Assembly (NCBI GenBank): GCA_963693365.1
Contig: CAVNZM010000010.1
Coordinates: forward strand, 6,821,794 to 6,885,793
Direction: 5' to 3'
Length of the DNA: 64,000 bases
Origin: Amoebidium appalachense
Lineage: Eukaryota > Protista > Ichthyosporea
The translations under genes were made by a program, and so were the position numbers. The notes under the pieces are model-generated. The model saw nothing but the letters and a program-made list of their open reading frames with translations, did not search any database and was not told the origin of the DNA. The number at the start of each line of letters is the position of its first letter. Positions within the stretch are counted from its first letter, which is position 1. Of this stretch, positions 1 through 36,913 are shown in pieces.

Positions 1-28
1 CTGCAGGGTTCGAATCCCTGGTGGAGAA
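1..28 (+). tRNA. Possible 3' end of a tRNA or tRNA-derived element (T-arm), truncated by the window edge
   Basis: CAGGG-TTCGAAT-CCCTG at 4-20 is a perfect 5-bp T-stem with a canonical T-loop/B-box, followed by a possible acceptor strand GTGGAGA. The rest lies outside the window. Confidence 0.35.
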
Positions 29-40
29 GGGGGCTATGGG

Positions 41-82
<42 letters not shown>

Positions 83-2353
83 TAGACTTGGAGGCCTTGG
101 AGGGAGGGGGGGGGGGGGGGGGGGAGGATGGGGGGAGTGGGGAGAAGGGGGAAGGCTTTTGTGTGGAAACTATACTATGGTATGTACTGAAAAAGTTTTT
201 GCCCAGCCACCGGTGCTTGGGACCGGCTGGCATGGGGCCAGCTTTTAGGGTTTGCGCGTGCAGGCCCTGCAGCTAAGGCCCTGCAGGGCCGAGTCAAGTC
301 ACAAGAATATGCCACAGGCGAAGGTAACCATTCATGATGGTAACCTGACGGATTCCGAAGAAGAGTTTTCCCAACCCCTCCCTCACCCTCCCCTCGTCTC
401 CCCTTCCGGCACCTCGGAAACATCAATATATTACCTCAAAGCCCTACGTGACCCTCCGAATCCTACGAGTCCCCGGTCTTCCACTTCAAGCCCCTCGTTC
501 CAATATGCCCTTCCATCATGCCGTAATACGATCAGAGCTCCTATAGGCTTGAAGGTGCGGACCCTCTTCTGCTTTCACACCCCAACAAGATGTACACATA
601 GGTAAAGGATCACTGTCAGTAACACAAACTGAGGGCAAGCACATAGCCAAATGTAGTTTGTTACAAGGCATAGCGAATTCCATGTCGCTCGAGAGAGTTT
701 TACCGAATTTTAAATCTAGAACTTAAATAGTTGTTGATCGTTACATAGTTTACGTGAACCAAACTCAGGACAGCTCATTCTTCGGTCCAGTGTTCTGACC
801 ATATTACAGGTATTGTCTCGGTGTGCATGTGTATCCCCCTCTCCGACGCCCCCCTCTTCCTGCACCCTCTTCCGAATCCGTCACTTCTATCTGTCTCTCT
901 CTCCCTCCTTCCCTCGCTCCTTCCCTTCCTCCCTCCCTCCGTCCCTCCCTCCCTCCCTCCCTCCCTCCCTCCCTCCTTCCCTATGCCTCCCTCCCTCCTT
1001 CCCTCCCCCTCTCCCCCTCCCTCTATCTCTCCGTTTCTCCTCCTACTCTCTCCCTATGACACCCCCTCCCTTCTTTTCTCCCTCCCTCCCTCGCTCTCCC
1101 TCTCCCTCTCTCTCTCTCTCTCTCCGTTTCTTCTCCCACTTTCTCCCCATGACACCCCCTCCCTTCCTTCCTCCCTCCCTCCCTCGCTCCCTCCCACTTT
1201 CCCTCCCTTCCTCCCCCTCTTCCTCCCCCCTCTATCCCCCGCCCCCCCCCACCCCGCCCTCTCTCTCTAGATCTCTCGCTCTCTCTTTCTCTCTGTCTCA
1301 GACTCACTCTCTCCCTCTGACCCTCATCTCTTTCTTTCCCAACCGCGGCCCTCCTTCCCCTCCGGCACCAAGCCCCTTTTCGAGAATTCCATAGTTTTGA
1401 TATTAAATAATCCTGGACCATGGTGGTGTGATGCTTGCCTTAGTGTGCGTTTATGCATATGTTGCTTACACAACAAAGGCTTTGGTAACTGCACTGTGGC
1501 CAACGTTGACCCGTGACCTACGTATATACAATTCGCAAATAACGTGACCAAAATAGTCTGTCTAGTGTGTACAATTGTGGCTATGTGACGTCTAACAATG
1601 ACGTCACCTATGTGTCCCCAATACTTCGGCTCAATATACATCAATTGCGCATACATTATAGGCAGAATACTGGCCCAAATATTTTGAAATGCAGTTTATT
1701 TATATGTAAAGAACCAGAAAGCCTTGTACGTAGAGTATGTTTACGTAGAACTATGTAGTTTCGAGTAGTCTACGAACGCTTCACAAAGGTGGTCTTTCAA
1801 TCTCGTTAAAAAAAATGCTCCTCGTTCCTGATTAGTGCCCAGCCACAAGGTGGGTAAAAAGCCGGAATGGCGCATCCTTATTCTTGATTTATGCCACAAT
1901 AGAGTAAAAGTTATTCTATGGAAATAAATAGCCCTGGGCTTCGAAATATTCCCTTACAAGGCTATTTTCAGGAAAATTTCTATTATGTATACTATTCCTG
2001 TAAAAAATACGTGGACTTAAAGAAAATTTTCGGTCGAAGTACACCAATTTAATTTGATAACGAAAATTCCGTTGATCATATTCACTAAGGAATTTACCCA
2101 CCTCTGGCTTTTGATTGTTTTAGCCTTTTTTGACTTTTGATAAAAAACGGGTCACCGACCCTCTGTTCACTCAGTGATCAGGGGGCCTGCTTGACAACTT
2201 TTATTTTGTTTTTTTGTGTAGCCTGTTCAAAGTTTTCGGGCCGGTACTTCTGCCAGTATCATTGAAACAGCAAGTCTGTCAAGTTTGTTGTAGTCTGGAA
2301 GAAGAATCATCATTCAAAAACCTTGTTGAACAGCCTAAGGCTAAGAACCGAAA

Positions 2354-17464
<15,111 letters not shown>

Positions 17465-18023
17465 ACACAGAGGTGGGGCACACATGGCCCTCATGACCAA
17501 CCAGTTTTCTGTTATGATAGCCATATTTGGTAATGCCAACCAGGTTTTGGCGATTTGATTAGCTTGTATGTCATACTGATTGTTTGATATGTAATCAGCT
17601 GTACACATGGATGTATGATCTAATAGTAGCATTGTAGTGTTTGGGATATGATATAACTGGTAACTTGGAAAATATGGGCATGAGTGTTGGCTCTAGCCGT
17701 GTGGAAGTTAAGAGGGCGGCAAATAAAATTTAAACATTTAATGGTATTGTTTTTCATAGGTCGGTGCACTTTCGTTTGGTGTGTAGGTTTATCAGGCGCG
17801 GAAAATAAAATGATCATTGTATGTGGTCTAGTACGTACCCTTCATTTCATGTACTGGATACGGCGTGTAATCACACCCAGGTTGAGCTCATATGCGTATA
17901 TATTCAATCACACCCTCGCGTTTGGGTCCTCACATGCATGCACAGATATCCCTGCCCCTGTTGCCCCCCCAGCCTCCCCCCACCTCCCCCCCCAACACAC
18001 ACACAAAATAAATTGGGGGGGAT

Positions 18024-18059
<36 letters not shown>

Positions 18060-19249
18060 ACGCTAACGAGCGGACAATCATTGTGATCTCACACGCAACC
18101 TGTACAACTTTGGAAAATCTATCATTCATCCATAAAACCAAGCAACCCACCCCTTTCCCTACTCCCCCCCCCATCCCCCCCCCCCCCCCCCCCCCCCCCC
18201 CCACCCACCCACCCACCGCCCGCCCCAGGCAGCCCGGGACCGTTGTGTGACCTCTAATCAAAGGCATTTGGCGCGCGCGCACGTGCACACACTCACAGGC
18301 ACACCCTTTGTCTTAGGTAAGATGTAAAACAAATCACGTAAATACATATAAAAAGGCAAGCAGTGTGTGCCCCTGTATTTACTTTCTCGGCGTACGGTAC
18401 GTACGAATTCAAGGGCTATCCGGAGTGCCGATTTCAGCAAGCACATTTGATTGGATAACCGATAGAGCACTCGAGCTCAGACGTCGACGTGGCTCGTGGC
18501 AGGCGGGCCAGTGCAATTGCCAGCTACTGTATATGCTATATTTTCCACCATCAACACGCTTTACATGGCGCATTTGATACATATTTACCTATTTGTTGTA
18601 ATTTATATGCCAAACATACCACGGTATTTCCCTTTTAGTGCAAGAAAATCGATGTTTTTACTCACAGGCTGTTCAACTCGGCAGTTGCGCCGGCGGCCCA
18701 GAGCTCAAGTTGAACGTAACCTAGGCCATGTGCAAACCTCGGGTGTTCCGCCGACTTTCGGCCCAAGTCGGAAGATCTTTCAATGAAAACAAACACTACT
18801 AGTTTTTGGCACACAAACACTATCTTTGTTGGCACACATGGGCGCCCTACCCCATACGTGCACAGGCTAGACAAAAGACACATCGATAGGCCTCTGGAGA
18901 ACACTGGTGCATGTACACGAACTCAAGTACGTGCATGCCCCTCTGATCTTGTCCTGTCACTATGGCCTTCCCCCTCCCCCGTCTCCCCCTCCCCCGCCTC
19001 CAACTCCCCTCCCCACCCCCTCTCACTCTCTCTCCCCATCCTCCCTCCATCTGTCCCTCTGCCCCTCCCTCCCTCGCTCCCCCCTCCCCCCCCACCCACG
19101 AGGCTCTCCCTCACCACATCTCTCCCTCTCTCTCTCCCTCTATCCCTTTAACCCTTGCTCCCCCCCCCCCCCACCTCTCCCCCCGATGCTCTCTCCATCC
19201 TCTCAGCCCCTCCCCCCTCCGCCCTCCCTCCCTCCCTCCCTCCCTCCCT

Positions 19250-19302
<53 letters not shown>

Positions 19303-19342
19303 CCCCCTCCCTCTCCCTCTCCCTCTCCCTCTCCCTCTCCCT

Positions 19343-19378
<36 letters not shown>

Positions 19379-19685
19379 TCCCTCTCTCTCTCTCTCTCTT
19401 TCTCTCGCCCCTCTCTCCCTCTGTCTTTCTCTCTCTCTCTTTCTCTTTGCACCCAAGAGAAAGGATCCCTTACTCCGCACCTCAGTAACATTCCGACTTA
19501 AATACTAACATCTCTCTCCCCCTCCCCCTCCCCAACCCCCACATCCCCCTCCCCCCCCCCCCTTTCCCTTCTCCCCTCTCCCCCCCCCCCCCCTTTCCCT
19601 TCTCCCCCCTCTCCCCCCCCCCCCACCACCACCACCCCCTCCCCCACCCTCCCCTCTCCTCTCCCTTCACGACGCAGGCATTAGG

Positions 19686-24744
<5,059 letters not shown>

Positions 24745-24840
24745 TCGCGTGATTAGTTGTATGGTAAAGCAGTCGCAGGGGCTTTTGTTATAGTACCACA
24801 TCAGGATAGTTAAGAGTACGCGCATGCGCGTGCGTGTGTG

Positions 24841-24924
<84 letters not shown>

Positions 24925-25478
24925 CCGGGGGGGGGGGGGGGGGGGGGGGAGTTTGTGTGTGTGTGTGCGGGCGCATGGGTGTGTGTGTATGTTTTATTTT
25001 GTGTGTGCGCCATGATTGGTTTGTTTCAATTTTATTTGATTGAATTATCTGAAATGTAACAGTTACTGATTAGATAATGTGCTGCATGAATGAATCTTAT
25101 CTTATACTGTTGGTTTTGTGTATATTGAATGTTTCGATGGAGTGTGGGGCCTATCCTCTTGTAAAATATTCCTGTAATCATTCCTTGGCCACCCGGAAAT
25201 AAATCAATTTTACTTTAAATAATAATAATATTAACATTGAGCACTAATCGTTTAACGCAACACAAATAATATTGGTACGAAAGGTGACCTGCAGTCAAGG
25301 CAATTAGCAATAAAGCTTAACAGTGACTTGCAACCACATTCCCCTAGATCTACTGCGCAGCTGTCCCCCCCCCCCCTTCCCCCTCCCCCCTCTCTCCCCC
25401 CTTCTCCCCCCCCCTCTCCCCCCTTCACCCCCATCCCTCTCCCCCGCTGCCCCCCCTCCCCCTCCCTCCCCTTCTCCA

Positions 25479-25876
25479 TAGGTTAGGGAGTCGGGGAGCT
25501 TTGTAGAAGCCCGGCTTATGCTCTACTTCTCACCTTGTACATGTTTTCTTTGTTTTTGTCGGCTTGCAGGTTTTGTAGACTCTGTTTTCTTAGATTGCTG
25601 CTCCTTGAACAATCCTGCTCGTCTTTGGCGAAGACGGGTGGACTCGCCTGTTGCTGTTGAAACAAAGTATGGGTTGGGAACCACACGCGAGAGGTAAAAG
25701 AGTCGAAACCCATGCTTTTGTGGAGGCATAGGAACCCCCCTGATGATGGGCTCTGTTCAAGCGTATTCTGCCTGCACGCTTAGATTGCTTGATTTTGGGT
25801 TCCCCAATTTTGTGACGCTTTGTTGTTGCTCTTTGTTTTCTCCTCCATATTTCCAACCCTCTAATGCATACATCAA
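25479..25876 (+). mobile_element. Non-coding retroelement-like repeat, subfamily 2, copy F; contains motif Y at 25604-25761
   Basis: Primary sequence is diverged from A/B but it keeps motif Y and the upstream hairpin (GTCGGGGAGCTTTGTAGAAGCCCGGC). Ends ...GCATACATCAA followed by poly-C. Confidence 0.75.
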
Positions 25877-26284
25877 CCCCCCCCCCCCCCCCCCCCCTCC
25901 TCCCCTCCTTCCCCTCCCCCCTCCCCCCTGTCCCCCCCCCCCCCACCCACCCACCCACACATGCACACAACACACACACAACACCCCTACCCACACACCA
26001 GCATACACTTACAAGCGGTTGTGTATTAGAAGCCCAGGTTGGCCAAAGTTTATAACGCCATCGGTGAGGCTTTCGGGATGCACAAGAACGATGGCGCATA
26101 CTCTGTATAGCTATATACTTGACTAACTATCTGACACCATAGTCATGTAGGGTCACATCTGGACAAACTGTGCTGAACTTCGTACAGTCCAAGTTGTGAA
26201 CAACGGCTGACCATGGCCATGTTTAGTAATGCACATTTATACACACCGGGCCAAGACACACACACCAAATTTTAATGAAGGCGG

Positions 26285-26321
<37 letters not shown>

Positions 26322-26835
26322 GAGGGGAGTAAAGAGGCGAGGGGGAGGGGAAGAAAAAAGGAAAAAGAGGAAGAGAAAAAAAGAAAGAAAGAAATAGATA
26401 TCATGGCGCTCAAAGGGCGGCCCATTGTATTGCAGCAGTTCATACACATCATGGACATCGTTACATCCGATTCGGAACTACTCAAATCCAAATTTAAATT
26501 TGATCCAATTTCTTAACTCGTGTGCACATATGGAATAGAAAACAAGTACGTACGTATACATCAATAGTGCTTTCCCTTACAGCTTTTTTCCAACATAAAC
26601 ATACCATTCACAACATACCCCCTTCTCCCCCCGGGGGCCCCCCAGTCACTAATATTGGTCCAGTATTATCATCAAATACACACACTCAAGATTTGACACA
26701 GAAACAGACGGTCAATTGCCAACCCCAGAAGCGGCATATTAATACATTAGTTTCGAGGCCCATCAACAGACTAAATACAAATAAGAACGGATGTGGGAAG
26801 TATATGCCACCATAAGGTTTAAACAGCCCCCCCCC

Positions 26836-26869
<34 letters not shown>

Positions 26870-26969
26870 ACAACAACAAAAAAAAGTCTTCACCAACCCT
26901 TAGGCCATACATTGCTACCTCATGTCTCCCTAGCCCATTATTGTTTTCTCCAAACCAACTCCCTGCATC

Positions 26970-28097
26970 CTATTCCTGCACCGGTACTGCACTCAAGTCA
27001 AACACATACTTGGGCTCAGACACATTCGGCCTGTCCTCATAAACATGTGCCTTCCCCTCGATCATATCAAACAACACCGTCACCAGCGTGGCCACGGTGC
27101 TTTCTTTCACCGACCATGGCCCTCTGAAGATCGGATATTCCTCGTCCGTGCTGTCGGAGAGAATATCGAGAATATCATCCCTCGTTTTTGGCACGTGTGC
27201 ACTGCACATTTCCTCGATCCTCTTCATGCGATGAACGCTTGATGAACGGATGTCCTCCCCAGAAACATTAGTGTGACGGTAGACATTGACGTGGGGGTAG
27301 ATCGACGGAAAGGGTATATCCAACACGGTGACTGCTCGCGGAGAGGTTTCGATGTTAAGTCTCCGTCCGAGTTCGTGTATGGAGCCCATGTTTACACTCA
27401 CCCCCCCACCCTGCTGTGGAATCTTCGCTAGAGCAATGGCTTGATCCAGCGAGCTTGCCGAAAGAATTGATCTGGCTACGAAGCTAACACCGAGGCCAAC
27501 TTTATCGTTTCCAGGGTCGAGCGCGTTTATGCTCATCACCACACCGTGGCGGTTATAGCCCCAGGCCCACCCAGCAAGATAGCCAGGGTAGCAAAAAGCA
27601 ACATAGCTCTCCCTCTCCTCCTCCTTTTGTTCTGGGCAGACATCAACAACAACTATGTATGAGGTGTCCTTGTATACCGCCGGACAATCCTCTGTGTGTC
27701 CCCATGCTTTCGTCTCGGCTGTGTGGATGTGGAAGTCACTGCAACCTGCCCCTTCGGGTCTTACTTCTCTTTGACCACCGTCTCCTGTGAATGTTATCCC
27801 TGAGAGACCAGCCAACTCCCAGATGATGTTGAGTGAAAACACGGTCTGAAAGGGGATCTCTGATCCGTCGGCTATACCGCGCACTTCATCAACGTAGGAT
27901 GGGTATGTTTTCTGGTGCAGCTCTAGAAAGTCGTCAAAGAGCGCTTTTCCTTTCTCCGTGTGTGTGTATTCGATGACTTGCTCTACGCGCTTATCTCCCC
28001 TTATGGATTTGAGAATGTGTGGACGTGCCTGGCGGCCAATTTGCACCCCGCAGTCATAGTGGGAGGTAGCCTTGGCATAGATAACTCCAGTTACCAT
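26970..28097 (-). CDS. Peptidase C45 family Ntn-hydrolase (acyl-CoA:6-APA acyltransferase / Tan-like), 375 aa, intronless
   Basis: Single ORF from ATG at 28097. N-terminal YDCGVQIG, then YVDEVRGIADGS, autocleavage site G|CSD, GHTED, YPGYLAGWAWGYNRHG, NIETSP, HVNVY and SSVHR. Confidence 0.88.
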   Translation of the reverse strand: MVTGVIYAKATSHYDCGVQIGRQARPHILKSIRGDKRVEQVIEYTHTEKGKALFDDFLELHQKTYPSYVDEVRGIADGSEIPFQTVFSLNIIWELAGLSGITFTGDGGQREVRPEGAGCSDFHIHTAETKAWGHTEDCPAVYKDTSYIVVVDVCPEQKEEERESYVAFCYPGYLAGWAWGYNRHGVVMSINALDPGNDKVGLGVSFVARSILSASSLDQAIALAKIPQQGGGVSVNMGSIHELGRRLNIETSPRAVTVLDIPFPSIYPHVNVYRHTNVSGEDIRSSSVHRMKRIEEMCSAHVPKTRDDILDILSDSTDEEYPIFRGPWSVKESTVATLVTVLFDMIEGKAHVYEDRPNVSEPKYVFDLSAVPVQE

Positions 28098-28628
28098 TTT
28101 TGCCAAAACTTACAAATAGAAATGGACAGAAGGGGTTTGATAGGTGGGCGTGCACGGGCAACCTTCGGAAAGTGTTCAGTTCTCAAAGACTCTGTGAGCA
28201 CGACTTATTTAGCAGTGAGCACGTATGACGTCAGTGTGGTGCCTTATCAACCAATCCGTTTACCTAAGTGACGTCACAGTCTGACCTACAGTAAGGGCCA
28301 CCAGGGTGCGAAATTCACTACCCGGTGTCGAGGCTCAGGCCGCTCAGCTCAGCTGTCAGCTGTCAGCCACACGCCCACACGTACCAGCCTCACACCTATG
28401 TAGCTAGCACAGGTACTGTACGTGCCTTCCGACTTCTTGGCAAGATCTTGATTTATTTCACTGACCTTGGATTTTTTTGCTGTATGCCATCTTATGCGTG
28501 TCTATAAAGCAGATTTCTACTTTCATGTATCGTGTCAACACAGGAGACCAAGCTGTTTGTGACCCCTGATCAGAATCCATTCGGGCCTGAGTTCAAGGCT
28601 GATATGGCGATTGGCACGAGACGATAAC

Positions 28629-33482
<4,854 letters not shown>

Positions 33483-33730
33483 TCCGGTATAAGTGTTTTT
33501 TTATTTTTATTTTCCCATTTTTTATGATGCAGTAAGATCCCACAATAAACGAAAGTTTAGTAGTAATATCTCGATAATACCTGGACCCCTTCTGGAGGTT
33601 AATACCATTATTAGTTTTATGGCGACCTGAGTTTTTACCGGGGGTGTGTTTGTTGGCTATGGCATAAAAGGCTAACGTGCAATAAAAAATAAAAATAAAA
33701 ATAAAAACTTTAAAAAAAAGCCTTGGGATT

Positions 33731-33774
<44 letters not shown>

Positions 33775-34424
33775 CATCCCGCCTTTCGACACCGCCACCT
33801 CAGGTACAACCACCTCCACCACTTATCTCCACACACACACGTGTGCGCGCGCACACACACCACAGATGTGCGCATGCACGCACATGCACACACACCACAT
33901 ACGTGCGCGTGGACACACACACACACACACACACACACACCACACACACACACGGACGTGCGCACGAACGCCCAAGCATGAACGAAACAACGAATTCGAG
34001 AGAACTTCGCGACCCACAAGCTTTTTCAACAGAGAGGGAGGGGGAAGGGAGAGGGGGGCAGGAGGGGGGGGGGATAACAACTTGTACGTGTAATCAATTG
34101 TATCCTAATATTCGCGAGCCATGGGAAGATAATCCCAAGTCTAGCTATGTATGGCGCAGGCTGCAGACGGACATTGCACTGCTCAGGCTGAGCTTGCCGG
34201 GCACTGCACTGATAATTGTGGAACAGATCTATGTAGTACTACGCCTACCGTAGCACAAGTTGACGCGTGTCTCAGAAGTGCTAGCCTATACTATTTGCTT
34301 GTGCACGTGTCGTTCAAATTCGGTTTATATTTCAGCGGGTGTGTGGGTGGGTTGTGTGTTTAAATTTGTACTGTTTTTTTTTTTTTTTTTTGATTTTGAG
34401 GGCTGGGTGGGTGTTGAGAGGGAT

Positions 34425-34463
<39 letters not shown>

Positions 34464-35113
34464 AGTAGCTCGGCAGTCTTCACGTGCACATGTACAGTAC
34501 CCAGTTTTACAGTTTGACAACACGGCGATAGATTTTAATACAATGGAAAGCCGGCCAGCAGGCTCCACATAGATAAAGCGAGAAACGACGAAAAACACTA
34601 TGTTATTCAACATGGCATGAACACGACCTGCGCGATAATTTTTTTTGTACATTTCTGTCGTTTTTCTGCTTTTTTTTTGCTTCTCTTCACCATTTTCTAA
34701 ATCTACATATGGAAGCACACGACCTGCGCGATGTTTTTTTCAAGCAGTTATGTCATTTTGCTGATTTCTTTTTGGTTTTTCGCTCAATTTACTGTTCTAT
34801 TTCATTAACTATCCCAATTAAAACTTTTTTTGTCAACTAAGGTGCGCTTTCACAAAAAGCACTACAGCACAAATTACAGCAACTATTTACAAGCAAATAA
34901 TAGAATATTCGCACACACCAGCACAAAGGTGGTGATTACTTCCTAAAGATGTTTGCGAAACATCATACCTGAAATTAAATCCGATATCTTATAAATACTT
35001 GGAGCAAAAGGAATGCACAGAGAAACTAAAGTCAACCCTTTAGGGTCGAAAAACCACAACAGAGCAATCCTAAAACCAGTGGCACCCATGGCGCCCATGT
35101 TGCCTTGGCCAGG

Positions 35114-36058
35114 TCACTTCTCGGTCAGTGCCTTGGCCTTCCACTTGGCAAGGTCCGCCTCCGTGTTGCTCAGCTTCCTCTCCATCTCCTCCTTCTCCTT
35201 GCACAGCTGTGCGTTTTCCTTTTCCAGCACGTCAATGCGCTCTTTGAGCACCGGCACCTCCGCATTCAGCTGCTTGAACATCTCGTTCTTCTTGTTGCGG
35301 CACTTGCTGGCTGAACGATTGTTAGCTGCACGCCGCCGAGCCATCCTCTCCATCGCACTTAACTCCTCGCCTTTACGCTTCCTGCCCCCACGGCCCCTGG
35401 GCTCAGGTGCCGAGGCGCTAGGCACGTTTTTGAACGACAACGACATGTTCATGAACGGGGTGGCAGGAACAGACATGGACACAATGGGACGGTAGTTGCT
35501 CGCAAACTGCTGGTCCTCTAACGATGTGGCAGTGGCTTCCTGCCCGTTACGTCCGTTGAGCACCAAAAGCGGGTCTATTCCTCTCTCATGCTCGCTTTCA
35601 CCGTCAACCCTGTCATCATCACTCGAGAATGTGCTTCCGAAACGAGCAATGGCTTCGACTCCAAACACGGGTTCCGTTAGGTCCACCTCGTTAGTAGGGT
35701 TGCCTTGTGCGTCCCCGAGTGAAGTGTGTGGGGAAATTAGAGGCTCGAGAATCTTGCAGAGCTCAGCAGCCATTTCTGTAGTCACCTTTGCGTCCGGGAG
35801 CGTGTCAAAGAAGTTGCTTCCGTAGAAAGAGGGATCAATTTCCCCCATGGGAAACTGGCTCTTCTGGGACGGGCGGGGGAGAACGGGGTACGTCCTGGGT
35901 TGGTGTGAAGAAAATTGCCAAACGGGCGGGTTTGCGCCCAAGTCTATGTCGGCGCATGTTTCGTCTGTGCCAATAACGCTATCGTTAAACACTGCGTCTG
36001 TGTCACGATTAGGAAGGGGTTGCTTGGTATGGTGTATGGTAGGGGGTGCGTAAGTCAA
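35114..36058 (-). CDS. bZIP transcription factor (AP-1/ATF-like basic region); start uncertain
   Basis: C-terminal basic region RMARRRAANNRSASKCRNKK followed by a heptad zipper (L..VPVL..IDVL..NAQL). The first in-frame ATG is at 35848; the frame stays open upstream to about 36140. Confidence 0.8.
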   Translation of the reverse strand: MTYAPPTIHHTKQPLPNRDTDAVFNDSVIGTDETCADIDLGANPPVWQFSSHQPRTYPVLPRPSQKSQFPMGEIDPSFYGSNFFDTLPDAKVTTEMAAELCKILEPLISPHTSLGDAQGNPTNEVDLTEPVFGVEAIARFGSTFSSDDDRVDGESEHERGIDPLLVLNGRNGQEATATSLEDQQFASNYRPIVSMSVPATPFMNMSLSFKNVPSASAPEPRGRGGRKRKGEELSAMERMARRRAANNRSASKCRNKKNEMFKQLNAEVPVLKERIDVLEKENAQLCKEKEEMERKLSNTEADLAKWKAKALTEK

Positions 36059-36913
36059 GAGGATGTCGATGATCTTGTTCGCCTGAGAAGCCAGTTTTGC
36101 GTTTTGAGCCGACAGGACGCCGGTACAGTTTATGTTATTTTACTGCAAGCGTAAACGCCCTGCCTGCCCTACGCTACTGTCCCACAGGAACACAGCAAGA
36201 ACCTTAGACGTTTACTTGGAGCACCTATGTAAAGTTTGGGTTTGTTACAAGAAGCCAACCCACTCAAAAACTTTTTTTCACCTAGACTGGGCAAGCCACA
36301 GTCGAATCTGAGAATGATGATGCAAGCATTTCGCTTTATAGTGCTGGCATGTGACCTCTCGGGTCGCTCAGGTGGCTTTTGCGGTTCGAATTCGGGTCGG
36401 ATTTCAGGATTTGGGATGAGGGAGAATCTCGTGCTTTTCTGGTTTCACCTTTTTCCCCCCCCCCTGTTTTATATTATAATTTATATGTTCATTTTGAACT
36501 GTAGCTGTTTGCTATTGTTGATGTCTTTTTTGTAAACCTTCTGCTAGAAGCAGTAACTCGATGCTGAGTCGAAAGCCTTGTACCGAATCGGAGAGCCACT
36601 CATGTGAATCTTGTCCGGTATTCCATTAAACTTCTACATGATCTTAACATCTAACAATTCGTTTGTTAAACTTTTGTTCGCATTTAATATTTTAAAAGTC
36701 TTAGTAAACTAATGATCAAAACCCATTAGTTATATCACCTACCGGTACCCACAGCTTCGTCTACACTTGGCGCTGGCCGCTGCAGGCCGCATGAGGCCCT
36801 TTCAGAGACCTAAAAAAAAGAAAAAGAAAAAGAAAAAAAAAAGAAACCGGAAGGACATGCATATGTTTTGTAATTCTCTGCCTTGACACTTGATAACCAA
36901 TACGGACAGAGGA

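Noticed and set aside
252-605. ORF of 117 aa upstream of epsin
   Set aside because: No recognisable domain on either strand and no supported splice structure.
25670-25682. GGGTTGGGAA resemblance to the lariat-capping (GIR1) ribozyme
   Set aside because: Only a short word match in one copy; the helix order differs from the group I-like core.
25700-25753. Hammerhead ribozyme reading of motif Y (GAAAC ... CTGATGA)
   Set aside because: The stems do not fit any hammerhead topology. The GAAAC strand pairs upstream, no NUH/stem I lies between the boxes, and stem II is not conserved in the other copies.
34100-34253. Trypsin-like DIALLRL motif
   Set aside because: An isolated 7-mer with no His or Ser catalytic motifs or exon context nearby.
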